A stretch of 64,000 nt of DNA, taken from NCBI GenBank assembly GCA_965237955.1, contig OZ250169.1, positions 2,080,001-2,144,000 of the forward strand, given 5' to 3'. Below the pieces are notes generated by a model. The model was not told the origin of the DNA. It searched no databases and was given only the letters and a program-made list of their open reading frames with translations. Each line of letters starts with the position of its first letter. Positions within the stretch are counted from its first letter, which is position 1. Source of the stretch: Candidatus Marinacidobacterales bacterium (lineage in GTDB: Bacteria; Acidobacteriota; Vicinamibacteria; Marinacidobacterales; SMYC01). The translations under genes were made by a program, and so were the position numbers. Below, piece after piece: positions 10,144 to 18,564 of this stretch.

Positions 10144-10896
10144 TTATCCGCCGCGCTCGTCGTCATCCTCCGCACTCTTACTCGTCTTCAGGAACACCGT
10201 AAACGGCCACCCCCATAGACCCGCCGTGCTCTCAGGAGCGAACATCTGCTTCGACAGCTTCGAGCCCACCACCACCAAACTACCGTAAAAGAGCATCCCG
10301 AACAGCATCAGCGCAATCGACGCCACCGTCTGAAGCGAGGTCAGAGACGCCGCATCCGCTGCATCGAGGGCGATCCAATCCCACAAGAAATGGAGAAGAA
10401 ACGCCGCGACCAGGCAGCGGACGAGCTGCGACCGCCAGCCGGGAACGCGCGTCCGAGCGAGGCCGATGCCGAAGCCTACGATGCCGGCCATGACGAGGTG
10501 GCCGAGAGGCCGCACGAGCTCCACCGGCAGCAACAACACGTCAGGCGCTTCGAGGAGTCCCAGCAAGTAGAACGACTCTTCGAGCGCCATCCCGAGACCG
10601 ACCATCGAACCGTACACGATGCCGTCCATTGGATCGTTGAACTGGCTGCGAAAGACCAAGGCGATGGCGATGACAATCGCGAGTCGAGCCGCCTCTTCGT
10701 GAAGCGCCGCCAGCGCCGCCACGGCGACGTGCGAGTCGACGAGGACGAGCGAGACGAGCGCGATCGCTCCCACGAGTCGCATCCCGAGGGCTCCGAGCAC
10801 GATCATGTACCACGGCTCGCGCTCGTAAAGGTCGTACCGATAGACGAGGAGCGCGGCGAGAAGGGCGCACAAGCCGAGCACGAAGTAGAGGGCCAT
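10144..10896 (-). CDS. PrsW family intramembrane glutamic protease
   Basis: YDLYEREP, HEEAAR, FNDPMDGIVYG, HFLWD; multiple TM segments. Confidence 0.85.
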   Translation of the reverse strand: MALYFVLGLCALLAALLVYRYDLYEREPWYMIVLGALGMRLVGAIALVSLVLVDSHVAVAALAALHEEAARLAIVIAIALVFRSQFNDPMDGIVYGSMVGLGMALEESFYLLGLLEAPDVLLLPVELVRPLGHLVMAGIVGFGIGLARTRVPGWRSQLVRCLVAAFLLHFLWDWIALDAADAASLTSLQTVASIALMLFGMLFYGSLVVVGSKLSKQMFAPESTAGLWGWPFTVFLKTSKSAEDDDERGG

Positions 10897-11002
10897 ACGG
10901 CCTTTCTAGTTTACGGGAAGTAATCCGAGTTGCGTGAAAATCCTATTTTTTTCCGTCTAACAAAGAGAAGCCCCTTTGACAGATTTCCCTCCTGTCAGCG
11001 GT

Positions 11003-11038
11003 GGCCAGGGGAGCCCGCAGCTCCCTTGGCCTTTTTTT
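11003..11038 (+). terminator. Intrinsic terminator with U-tract on the + strand
   Basis: GGCCAGGGGAGC-ccgca-GCTCCCTTGGCC followed by T7. Confidence 0.7.
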
Positions 11039-11066
11039 GTATCCGACCCGCTCCGAGCCTTTCTCC

Positions 11067-14000
11067 TCAGGGGAGCGGGAATTCCACTCCATAGATGACG
11101 CCCTCGTCACTGCCCACGTAGATCATGGAGTTCAGCAAGTCCATCGTGGGCGCGCCCACTGCGGCTGTGCCGTCGCCAAGAGTGACGCTCGTCGTCGGAA
11201 GCGGCGTGATGACATCCATCTGATACAAATTGCCGTCGCCCGAGCCGGCGATCACCATAGTGGAGCCCGGCACATAGAGAGGCGTCGACGGGGACGGCAC
11301 CTCCGCGCTGGTCACAGGCCAACCAGGGTTGACGGCACCACTCCCGCCACTGTCGGCGATGGACCAGATTTTCCCGTTGGTCGACGCGAACAGATTGATG
11401 GAGCCGAACTGCGGAAAGATGAAGCTCTTGATCACACCGTCTGCGAGTGGGAGCGACCAGTTGACATCGCCGGTGGCCGCGTCGAGAGCGTACACGACAC
11501 CGGCGTTCGTGCCCACGTACACGGTCGTGCCGAGTAGAATCGGGCTCCCGTCGATGTTCCCGTAAGCCTTGGCCCAGACGATGCTCGGCAAGCCCGAATC
11601 GAAGTCGATACACCACACCGTATTGGAGCTGCCCCCGGACTTCTCCCTCGACGTAAAGATGACGCGGCGATTCGCGTAGTCCACGGAGGCGCCACCGCTA
11701 ATGATGCCGATGTCCGTGTCGTCGCCTCCGTAGGCGGCAGAGTTGTCGAAGCTCCACACCGGGGTTCCCGACGTGACATCGAGAGCTTCGAGCGTGTTGG
11801 GGGAGGACGCGCTCCGGGTACCAACGAGAATGAGATCCTTGGCGAGTGCGTTGTAGAAGAGGAAGTTCCCCGCTGGCGCAGCTTGTACCATCGAGGCAAT
11901 CGACTGGCTCCACTCTTCCATCCCGCTCACGGCATCGACGGCATACACCACGCCGTTCTGAGCGCCGACGAAGGCCGCTCCACTGGTCGCGCCGCCTACC
12001 GCGAAGGGAACGACCGGGGGACGCGCTTGCGCGGGAGCGCCGAGAGCGAACGGAATCCATCCAGCCGGCCAATCCCCTCCTGTGCCGTCGCCGTTCACGG
12101 AATGGAGAACCCCGTCGTTCGAGACCGCGTAGACGTAAGCGACGCCCGCGAAGAAACGAAGCCCCGGAGGCGCCATCGATGCGGCGCCGGTCGAGTAAGC
12201 CCACTTGACCGGACCGGGAAGACTGTTGAACGGCCTGGCTCGGAGAAACTTCCCCGCGGTGAACATCGCCGCGCCGTACTCGACGAAAATGGCGTAGTGA
12301 TACTTGGTACCGTTCACAGGGCTCCCGTCGATCACGTCTTGCTTCTGGCCTGGCAGGCCAACGCAGGAGCGAACGTCGATGGACAGCCCGTCGAATGGAC
12401 CCGTCGGTTGCACGGTGTTCCTGACGACATGGGTGTTGTCGCAGGCGCCGAAGAAGGGGTTGACCCACTCCAGCTTCACCTGGTTGTTCGTGGCGGTGGC
12501 GGTGAAGAACGGGACGTCGGTGGCATCGGTGATGGTGATGACTTTGTCATCGAAGCCGACGATGGTCCCAAAGTTGTCGACCTCGAGCTCGAGGTTGCCG
12601 ACCCCGGGCGCGGCGAAGTTCACGAACTCGAGACCGGAGACGGAGATGAACTCGCCCGGTGCGAACGGAGCGGTAACGTTGATGACGAGGATCGTCGGGC
12701 TGGCGTAGCTGACCGTCGTCGAGACCTTGGAGGCCGCGTTGCCGCCGATGATCGCCGAGGTGAGGGTCGTATTCCACTCCATGGCCAGAGAGCCGGGAAT
12801 GTGGATGCGAATGTCATCGGTGGCGTTGATGAAGGCGACGGCGCCCTCGCTGATGAACAAGGACTCGGCTGGTGACGGGCCTGGCCCCACGGTGAAGAAC
12901 TGATGGTCGAACGAAGACAAGCTCGGGTTGGCGCTCGGTGCGATGGCGATGGTTTTGTCGTCGAGCGCAGAAGCCAGGCCATCGTTCGCGACCTCGAGCT
13001 CGAGGTTGTCGAGAGGCGATGGCGCGGTGAAGCTGAAGAACTGCAAGAGGTCGATCGTGATGAAATCGCCCGGAGAGAAGTCGGTCACGACGTCGAGGAC
13101 CACGGTCTGATCGAGATCCTCGTAGGCCTTGATCGTCGGGTCGACTTTGGCGAACGCGCTGCCGCCGAGAGCGACGGACGTCACCGAGCTGTCCCACCGC
13201 ATGTTGAAGCCCGCGGGAATGCGGATTCGCAGATCCTTGACCGCGGTAATCGTCGCTGCGCCCGGATCGTCCGTGATCGTGACCAAGGCCGCAGGCGTGT
13301 CGGGATCGCCTACGGTGAAGCTCTGGGCCGTGGCGGAGGAGATTCTCGGCGCACCTCCGGCGAGCACATCATCGGCACCGATGTCCCACGGGCTCGAGCG
13401 GTTGGCGCCATCGATATCGACCAAGAAGAAGCTGCTCAGATCGGTTCCAGCGTCTTCAGCCGCGCTGCCCGCGATGATGTGGAGGTCTTCCGTCCCGGGC
13501 GTCGTCGAGATGAACAAAAAATTGGCCAGCGGCACGTTGTCCATGCCGCCTCCCAAAGGGCTATGGGCTATGCCGGTGGCGTCGCCGGAAAAGTTGTCGC
13601 TGCTGGTGGCCGCGACCGGCGTCACCGCGAAATCGGCCGTGGTGTTGCTGTGAGCGATGTTGTTCCTCAAGAAGGTCGACGCATTGCCCGTTCCTTCGAA
13701 ACCAGGCGCCGCGCAGTTGTACACCGTGTTGTTGAAGAACCTGCCCACGTTCGGCTGCGAGGTCATCCGAACGCCGCTTCGTCCCAACGTGTAAAGGATG
13801 TTGTTGAAGAAATCGATGTTGGTATCAGCGTCACGCAGTTCCAAGCCGTCTCGCGGCATGTCGTGGATGATGTTGTTGCGAATCACGATTTGGTTGGACG
13901 CATTCTGAGAGTTGGTTTCGAACGCGTTGGGACTTCCGCTGGAGCCCGTGATCTCCAGCCACTCCACCGTAACGAAAGCGTCCTCGATCAAGACCGCCTC

Positions 14001-15491
14001 AGCGCCGGTGCTCAAATCGATGACGACCCCGGTACCGGCGACGCCACGGTGGCGGTTGCGGACGGCGGCGGTGAGGATGATGGGATGCGACGCATCCGTC
14101 GTGGCTCCGTCGATGACGAGGGGATCGGTGAAGGGGGCGTCGTTGTAGGCGACGCCGACCTCCATGCGATCGTCGGCGACGAGGTCGGAGCTGGCGACGG
14201 GGAAGTAACTACAGGGTCCGCCGTCGACACAGTCCTCCCACGCCGGCATCGTCGGATACTGCCGCGAGATCGTGTATGGGCCGGAGAAACTGGTGGCCGC
14301 GGGTTGGGTCAGCGTGAGCTGGGCTTCGGAATCGACCGACAGGATGACGTAGTCGGTACCGCCGATGTCGATACGATCACCCCGACCTCGGTTCGCACTT
14401 TGCCAGGCGACGCCGGTGCCGGTGACGATCGCAGAGCCAGCGGTCGCGCTCACGGTTCCGGCCACGTAATCCGGCGCGGTACCGATGGAGCGATACCACA
14501 CCGGGGGATCGAGGCTATAACCGACCAGATAGAGATCCCTCTGTGTATCGCCGACTTTCTGTTCGAAGATATTGGCCGAGTCGACCCCGATCGAGGCGAA
14601 GGCGTGTGTCTGATCCAGATAGAAGTCTTCGGTATCGCCGTTTCGCCGCAGCGCTGTCTGATAAGCCGAGTCGTTCGTGCTGTGGAGCTCGACGAAGGCG
14701 CCGTTGACGCGGTTACCACCAATGTCGGCGGTGATGTCCACATCCTGGTACGCGCCCGCGGAGGATGTCGACTTATCGACTCCGTTCGCGATGAAAACGG
14801 CGCCATGGGTGACGTAGCCGACCAGGTAGAGATCTACCAGGCTCGACTCGATCCGCATCTCCGCTTGGTCGGCTCCGTCAACGCCGATGAGGCCCAGGGT
14901 CGCGGCGTTTTTTTCGAGCGCCGAGTATCGATCGTCTCCCGAGCCTTGCCGTCGCAGCGCAAAGCGCTGAGCGGATCCGCTCCGATTGAGGACAGTGAAC
15001 ACGGCGCCGATCGCGGTATCGACGCCGGTATCGGCGGTGATGTCGACGTCAGTCCACGCGCTGGGTGCGACAGACTTGTCGATGCGGTCGGTCAAGAACT
15101 GGACGCTGTTCATCGTGTACGCGTACAAATAGAACTCGAGCGCAGTGTTCTCCGCGTAGATCTCGAACACCCCGTCCGGGTCGAGCCCCGTCATGAGCCA
15201 GGTCTGTTGGCTGTTGATGAGAGTTGACTCGGATTCCCACGGATCGGTGGAGCCATTTTTCCGGATCCCGTACGCGCGGTCGCCGGCGGTCGGGTTGCGC
15301 ACGAGCACGAGAACGCCGGTTGCGCCAGGCGGGACATAGGTCGACACGTCCACATCCACCCACGCGCCCGCAACGCCGACCGATACATCGGCCGGCGCAG
15401 GCAAGTAGTTGAACGCGGGGGCGGCGCTAAGCGCTTGCGTGCACAAAAGAGTGCCCAGCAGCGCCTTAGTGAGTTGCAGGCGTTTCAGCAT
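11067..15491 (-). CDS. Large secreted mosaic surface protein (3 N-terminal repeats, beta-helix, Ig/FN3-like modules, PQQ-like beta-propeller)
   Basis: Signal peptide MLKRLQLTKALLGTLLCTQALSA; NNII/NNTV beta-helix; DIDG..R..PWDIGAD; repeated VYA[VL]DA.xG...W propeller blades; start set at 15491 because a sigma54 site overlaps the 15536 ATG. Confidence 0.85.
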   Translation of the reverse strand: MLKRLQLTKALLGTLLCTQALSAAPAFNYLPAPADVSVGVAGAWVDVDVSTYVPPGATGVLVLVRNPTAGDRAYGIRKNGSTDPWESESTLINSQQTWLMTGLDPDGVFEIYAENTALEFYLYAYTMNSVQFLTDRIDKSVAPSAWTDVDITADTGVDTAIGAVFTVLNRSGSAQRFALRRQGSGDDRYSALEKNAATLGLIGVDGADQAEMRIESSLVDLYLVGYVTHGAVFIANGVDKSTSSAGAYQDVDITADIGGNRVNGAFVELHSTNDSAYQTALRRNGDTEDFYLDQTHAFASIGVDSANIFEQKVGDTQRDLYLVGYSLDPPVWYRSIGTAPDYVAGTVSATAGSAIVTGTGVAWQSANRGRGDRIDIGGTDYVILSVDSEAQLTLTQPAATSFSGPYTISRQYPTMPAWEDCVDGGPCSYFPVASSDLVADDRMEVGVAYNDAPFTDPLVIDGATTDASHPIILTAAVRNRHRGVAGTGVVIDLSTGAEAVLIEDAFVTVEWLEITGSSGSPNAFETNSQNASNQIVIRNNIIHDMPRDGLELRDADTNIDFFNNILYTLGRSGVRMTSQPNVGRFFNNTVYNCAAPGFEGTGNASTFLRNNIAHSNTTADFAVTPVAATSSDNFSGDATGIAHSPLGGGMDNVPLANFLFISTTPGTEDLHIIAGSAAEDAGTDLSSFFLVDIDGANRSSPWDIGADDVLAGGAPRISSATAQSFTVGDPDTPAALVTITDDPGAATITAVKDLRIRIPAGFNMRWDSSVTSVALGGSAFAKVDPTIKAYEDLDQTVVLDVVTDFSPGDFITIDLLQFFSFTAPSPLDNLELEVANDGLASALDDKTIAIAPSANPSLSSFDHQFFTVGPGPSPAESLFISEGAVAFINATDDIRIHIPGSLAMEWNTTLTSAIIGGNAASKVSTTVSYASPTILVINVTAPFAPGEFISVSGLEFVNFAAPGVGNLELEVDNFGTIVGFDDKVITITDATDVPFFTATATNNQVKLEWVNPFFGACDNTHVVRNTVQPTGPFDGLSIDVRSCVGLPGQKQDVIDGSPVNGTKYHYAIFVEYGAAMFTAGKFLRARPFNSLPGPVKWAYSTGAASMAPPGLRFFAGVAYVYAVSNDGVLHSVNGDGTGGDWPAGWIPFALGAPAQARPPVVPFAVGGATSGAAFVGAQNGVVYAVDAVSGMEEWSQSIASMVQAAPAGNFLFYNALAKDLILVGTRSASSPNTLEALDVTSGTPVWSFDNSAAYGGDDTDIGIISGGASVDYANRRVIFTSREKSGGSSNTVWCIDFDSGLPSIVWAKAYGNIDGSPILLGTTVYVGTNAGVVYALDAATGDVNWSLPLADGVIKSFIFPQFGSINLFASTNGKIWSIADSGGSGAVNPGWPVTSAEVPSPSTPLYVPGSTMVIAGSGDGNLYQMDVITPLPTTSVTLGDGTAAVGAPTMDLLNSMIYVGSDEGVIYGVEFPLP

Positions 15492-15524
15492 GAGAGAACC
15501 CCAGAAAGGCACCAGGCTATGCAC

Positions 15525-15574
15525 TGCAAGCTCCATACCGTCTCGTTACAAAAACGCCTAGTAAGCCACTGATA
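15525..15574 (-). promoter_or_regulatory. Sigma54 -24/-12 promoter plus IHF-like site for the large surface protein
   Basis: CGGTATGGAGCTTGCA (GG-N10-GC) at 15540-15525; TATCAGTGGCTTA (WATCAR-N4-TTR) at 15574-15562. Confidence 0.65.
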
Positions 15575-15707
15575 CAAAGGGGCTTACAAAATCTTGTCGC
15601 GGGCGCCTTCATGATCGGCGGAAAACACCCACCCTCGCGTAGGCAATTCCAACCACATGCACTTCCCCCCAACTGGCGTTCGGGATTCCGAGCAACAAAT
15701 CGGGAAT

Positions 15708-15784
15708 TGGTAGCGGGGGGCGGACTTGAACCGCCGACCTAAGGGTTATGAGTCCTTCGCTCTCACCATCTGAGCTACCCCGCC
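15708..15784 (-). tRNA. tRNA-Met (CAT), probably elongator
   Basis: GGCGGGGTAGCTCAGATGGTGAGAGCGAAGGACTCATAACCCTTAGGTCGGCGGTTCAAGTCCGCCCCCCGCTACCA; cloverleaf with encoded CCA; paired position 1:72 and no 3 G-C anticodon pairs, so not initiator. Confidence 0.93.
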
Positions 15785-15845
15785 ACGGAGGGGCATTTAT
15801 TCTAGCATCAACGAAAAGCCGATTCGGCGTTTTGCGCGCACGCCT

Positions 15846-15861
15846 TGGCACTCGTTTTGCT
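15846..15861 (+). promoter_or_regulatory. Near-consensus sigma54 promoter
   Basis: TGGCACTCGTTTTGCT versus consensus TGGCACRNNNTTGCW. Confidence 0.8.
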
Positions 15862-15871
15862 TTACCCCCCA

Positions 15872-16030
15872 ATTAGCCCTTCATTGTGGCGAACCTGTTC
15901 CGTCATGAAACGGTAGCGCCGGATCGATTGTGTCGAAACGGAACCGGTTGTTTGGGCGAGGCCGAACCTGGATCTTCGGATCCGCGGTTGGGGGAGCGGC
16001 CTCGCCCTTACTCCGTTCAGGAGCCACAAA
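15872..16030 (+). ncRNA. Candidate structured non-coding RNA
   Basis: Closing stem 15884-15890/16023-16029, stem 15892-15903/15938-15949, perfect 11-bp stem 15954-15964/15997-16007 with inner GGATC-TTCG-GATCC; follows a sigma54 promoter. Confidence 0.55.
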
Positions 16031-16139
16031 ATCCAAAAAAGCTCACCGCAGAGGCGCAAAAGACGCAGAGGTTCGCAGAGCGAATCCGAGACCGGCCAAA
16101 ATCTCTTGTGGGCCGTGACAACACCCTTTCCAAGTCCAG

Positions 16140-16412
16140 ATCCAGGAGAAGCGCTTCCGATCCGGCCTGAGCATCGCCGCTGAATCCTCGGGAGAGCGGT
16201 TCCGGGTCATGGATGTGAAGTCCAACTCACCCGCGTACTTCGCCGGACTCCGGCGCGGACACATGATTTCCGAGATCGACACCAAGCCCGCGAGCCACTA
16301 TTCGCTCGACGAAGCGCGGCGAGCGCTTCGCGCCGACGGCACTCACCCACTCACGCTCATCGAGAGCGGTGGGAAAAAGCACAAGATCAATCTCGAGCTT
16401 CCGAGCATGTAG
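16140..16412 (+). pseudogene. Orphan C-terminal PDZ domain fragment
   Basis: SGLSIAAE...VMDVKSNSPAYFAGLRRGHMISEID, a PDZ signature with no N-terminal part. Confidence 0.6.
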
Positions 16413-16503
16413 ATTCCCTCCTGGCGCCCGGGCGGAACGTCTCTCAAAATTGTAGGGTATGCAGCTTCAGTTACGCGGCGACTTCCGTTAAACTCGGCGG
16501 GTC

Positions 16504-17793
16504 ATGCGACGGCGTGAGTTCCTGTTCAGTCTTTGGGCACTTGCGTTTCGTCAACGTCCTCGGCTTCGTGTCGATGGCGCGCGGTTGAACAGCACCCTTA
16601 CGGAACTCTCACAGTTTGGACGGACGCCTGAAGGGGGGATCAGCCGGGTGGCCTATAGCGACGCCGATCTCGACGGGCGGGCTTACGCCATGAGACTCAT
16701 GCGGCAAGCGGGGCTCGATGTGACGATCGATTTTGCCGGCAACATCCTCGGGAGGCGCCGGGGAATTGATCCGGATGTGCCGCCGCTCATGTTCGGGTCC
16801 CACACGGACTCCGTACCTCATGGCGGGAACTATGACGGTCAAGTCGGCTCGATGGCGGCGATCGAAATCGCGCAAACGCTCGAGGACGCCAGGGTCACGA
16901 CGCGGCATCCACTCGAGGTCGTCATCTTCCAGAACGAGGAGAACGGCAAGACCGGAAGCCGCGCGATGGTGGGTGAGCTCACCGACGGCGAGCTCGACCA
17001 GCCGTCCCATACCGACAAGACGCTCGGCGAGGGCATCGCATTCATCGGTGGCGATCCGGGGCGGCTCGACGAGGCCGGGCGCCGGCCGGGCGACATTGCG
17101 GCGTATCTCGAGCTTCACATCGAGCAGGGAGCGATCCTGTACGAGAAGTCCATCGACATCGGGATCGTCGAAGGTATCGTCGGCATCAAACGCTGGAACG
17201 TGACCATCCGAGGCCGCGCGAACCACGCGGGCACCACGCCCATGGGCCAGCGTCACGACGCGATGCTGACCGCCGGCAGGTTCGTCGACGCGGTCCATCG
17301 CGTCGCCACCGAGCTTCCGGGTCGCCAGGTCGCGACGGTCGGCCGCATCGCGGCCCATCCCGGCGCGCCGAACGTGATCCCGGGCGAGGTCACGCTGTCG
17401 CTCGAAATTCGGGATCTCGAGATGACGAAAATCGACGAGGTCTACCGGGGCATCGAGAAACAAGGTCAAGCACTCGCCGCAAGGAATGGCACGAGCATCG
17501 AGCTGCAACAATACTATGTGAGCCGCTCCGCGCCGACGGACGAGCGACTTCGACGACTCGTGGCCGACGCCTCCGAAGCTCTGGGTCTGTCGACGCACTC
17601 GATGCCGTCAGGCGCCGGACACGACGCGCAGAGCATCGCCCTCCTCGCGCCGGTGGGGATGATCTTCATCCCGAGCGTCGATGGCATCAGCCACTCCCCC
17701 GACGAGCTCTCGCGCCCGAGCGACATCGAAGCCGGCACGAACGTTCTCCTGCAAACGCTTCTCGCCACCGACCGCCTCGACCTCCCCGGTTGA
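16504..17793 (+). CDS. M20 Zn-dependent amidohydrolase (allantoate/N-carbamoyl-amino acid hydrolase family)
   Basis: GSHTDSVPHGGNYDG, NEE, ELHIEQG, NHAGTTPM, SGAGHDAQ; RR-containing N-terminus. Confidence 0.92.
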   Translation: MRRREFLFSLWALAFRQRPRLRVDGARLNSTLTELSQFGRTPEGGISRVAYSDADLDGRAYAMRLMRQAGLDVTIDFAGNILGRRRGIDPDVPPLMFGSHTDSVPHGGNYDGQVGSMAAIEIAQTLEDARVTTRHPLEVVIFQNEENGKTGSRAMVGELTDGELDQPSHTDKTLGEGIAFIGGDPGRLDEAGRRPGDIAAYLELHIEQGAILYEKSIDIGIVEGIVGIKRWNVTIRGRANHAGTTPMGQRHDAMLTAGRFVDAVHRVATELPGRQVATVGRIAAHPGAPNVIPGEVTLSLEIRDLEMTKIDEVYRGIEKQGQALAARNGTSIELQQYYVSRSAPTDERLRRLVADASEALGLSTHSMPSGAGHDAQSIALLAPVGMIFIPSVDGISHSPDELSRPSDIEAGTNVLLQTLLATDRLDLPG

Positions 17794-17822
17794 GCTCGTT
17801 GAGCTATACTTTCTGGTTTGCG

Positions 17823-18551
17823 ATGCAGGAACACTTTCGTCAGGCGATGGCCCAGCTCGAGAACGAGCATTGGTGGTACCGTGCCCGCCGGACGATCCTC
17901 GAACAGGCCGTCGATCGCTTCGTCGGTGACACCGCTCGAGCCCTGACGGTCGGCGTAGGCGCGATGCGCGAAGCAGAAATGCTGGCGAAGCGGACACGCC
18001 TCGTTGCCATCGACCGAGCGCCGATCAACCCCGACTGCACCGAGTTTTCGCTCCCGACCCAGGCTGACGCTCTCGCGCTCCCGTTTGCCGACCACGCCTT
18101 CGACGCGGTGTTCATCTTCGACGTGCTCGAGCACGTCGACGGCGACGATCTGGTTTTGAAGGAGATTCATCGAGTGCTGACGCCCGAGGGACGGCTCCTC
18201 ATCACCGTGCCCGCGTTCATGTTCCTGTACGGCCGGCAGGATGTGGTGAGCGAGCACAAGCGGCGCTACCGGCGCGGTCCGCTCGCCCGTCTCCTCGAAG
18301 AAGCAGGATTCGACGTCGAGTACGCGAGCTATTTCAACACCGTGCTGTTTCCACCGATCGCAGCGATGCGGCTTCTCCGCAGAATCTTCCCCGAAAGAAA
18401 CGGCAACCGTGGAGCAAGCGACTTCGATATGCGACTTCCACCGCCTATCGAGAGAACGCTCGAGTCCTTGTTCTCCATCGAGCGCCATGCCGTAGGCCGT
18501 GCCCAGCTCCCCTTCGGCATCTCCATTCTGTGCTCCGCGCGCCGCCACTGA
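17823..18551 (+). CDS. Class I SAM-dependent methyltransferase
   Basis: EHWWYRARR, ADALALPF, DVLEHV, TVPA, H-KRRY. Confidence 0.85.
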   Translation: MQEHFRQAMAQLENEHWWYRARRTILEQAVDRFVGDTARALTVGVGAMREAEMLAKRTRLVAIDRAPINPDCTEFSLPTQADALALPFADHAFDAVFIFDVLEHVDGDDLVLKEIHRVLTPEGRLLITVPAFMFLYGRQDVVSEHKRRYRRGPLARLLEEAGFDVEYASYFNTVLFPPIAAMRLLRRIFPERNGNRGASDFDMRLPPPIERTLESLFSIERHAVGRAQLPFGISILCSARRH

Positions 18552-18564
18552 CCTCGCCACGCCG

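Noticed and set aside
12903-15227. 774-aa + strand ORF
   Set aside because: Antisense shadow of the large surface protein
11067-15784. Integrative element or prophage at tRNA-Met
   Set aside because: No integrase, no phage structural genes, and no duplicated tRNA 3' end noticed in the window
15886-16170. 94-aa ORF downstream of the sigma54 promoter
   Set aside because: No RBS or recognisable domain, and it runs through a repeat arm; RNA structure explains the region better
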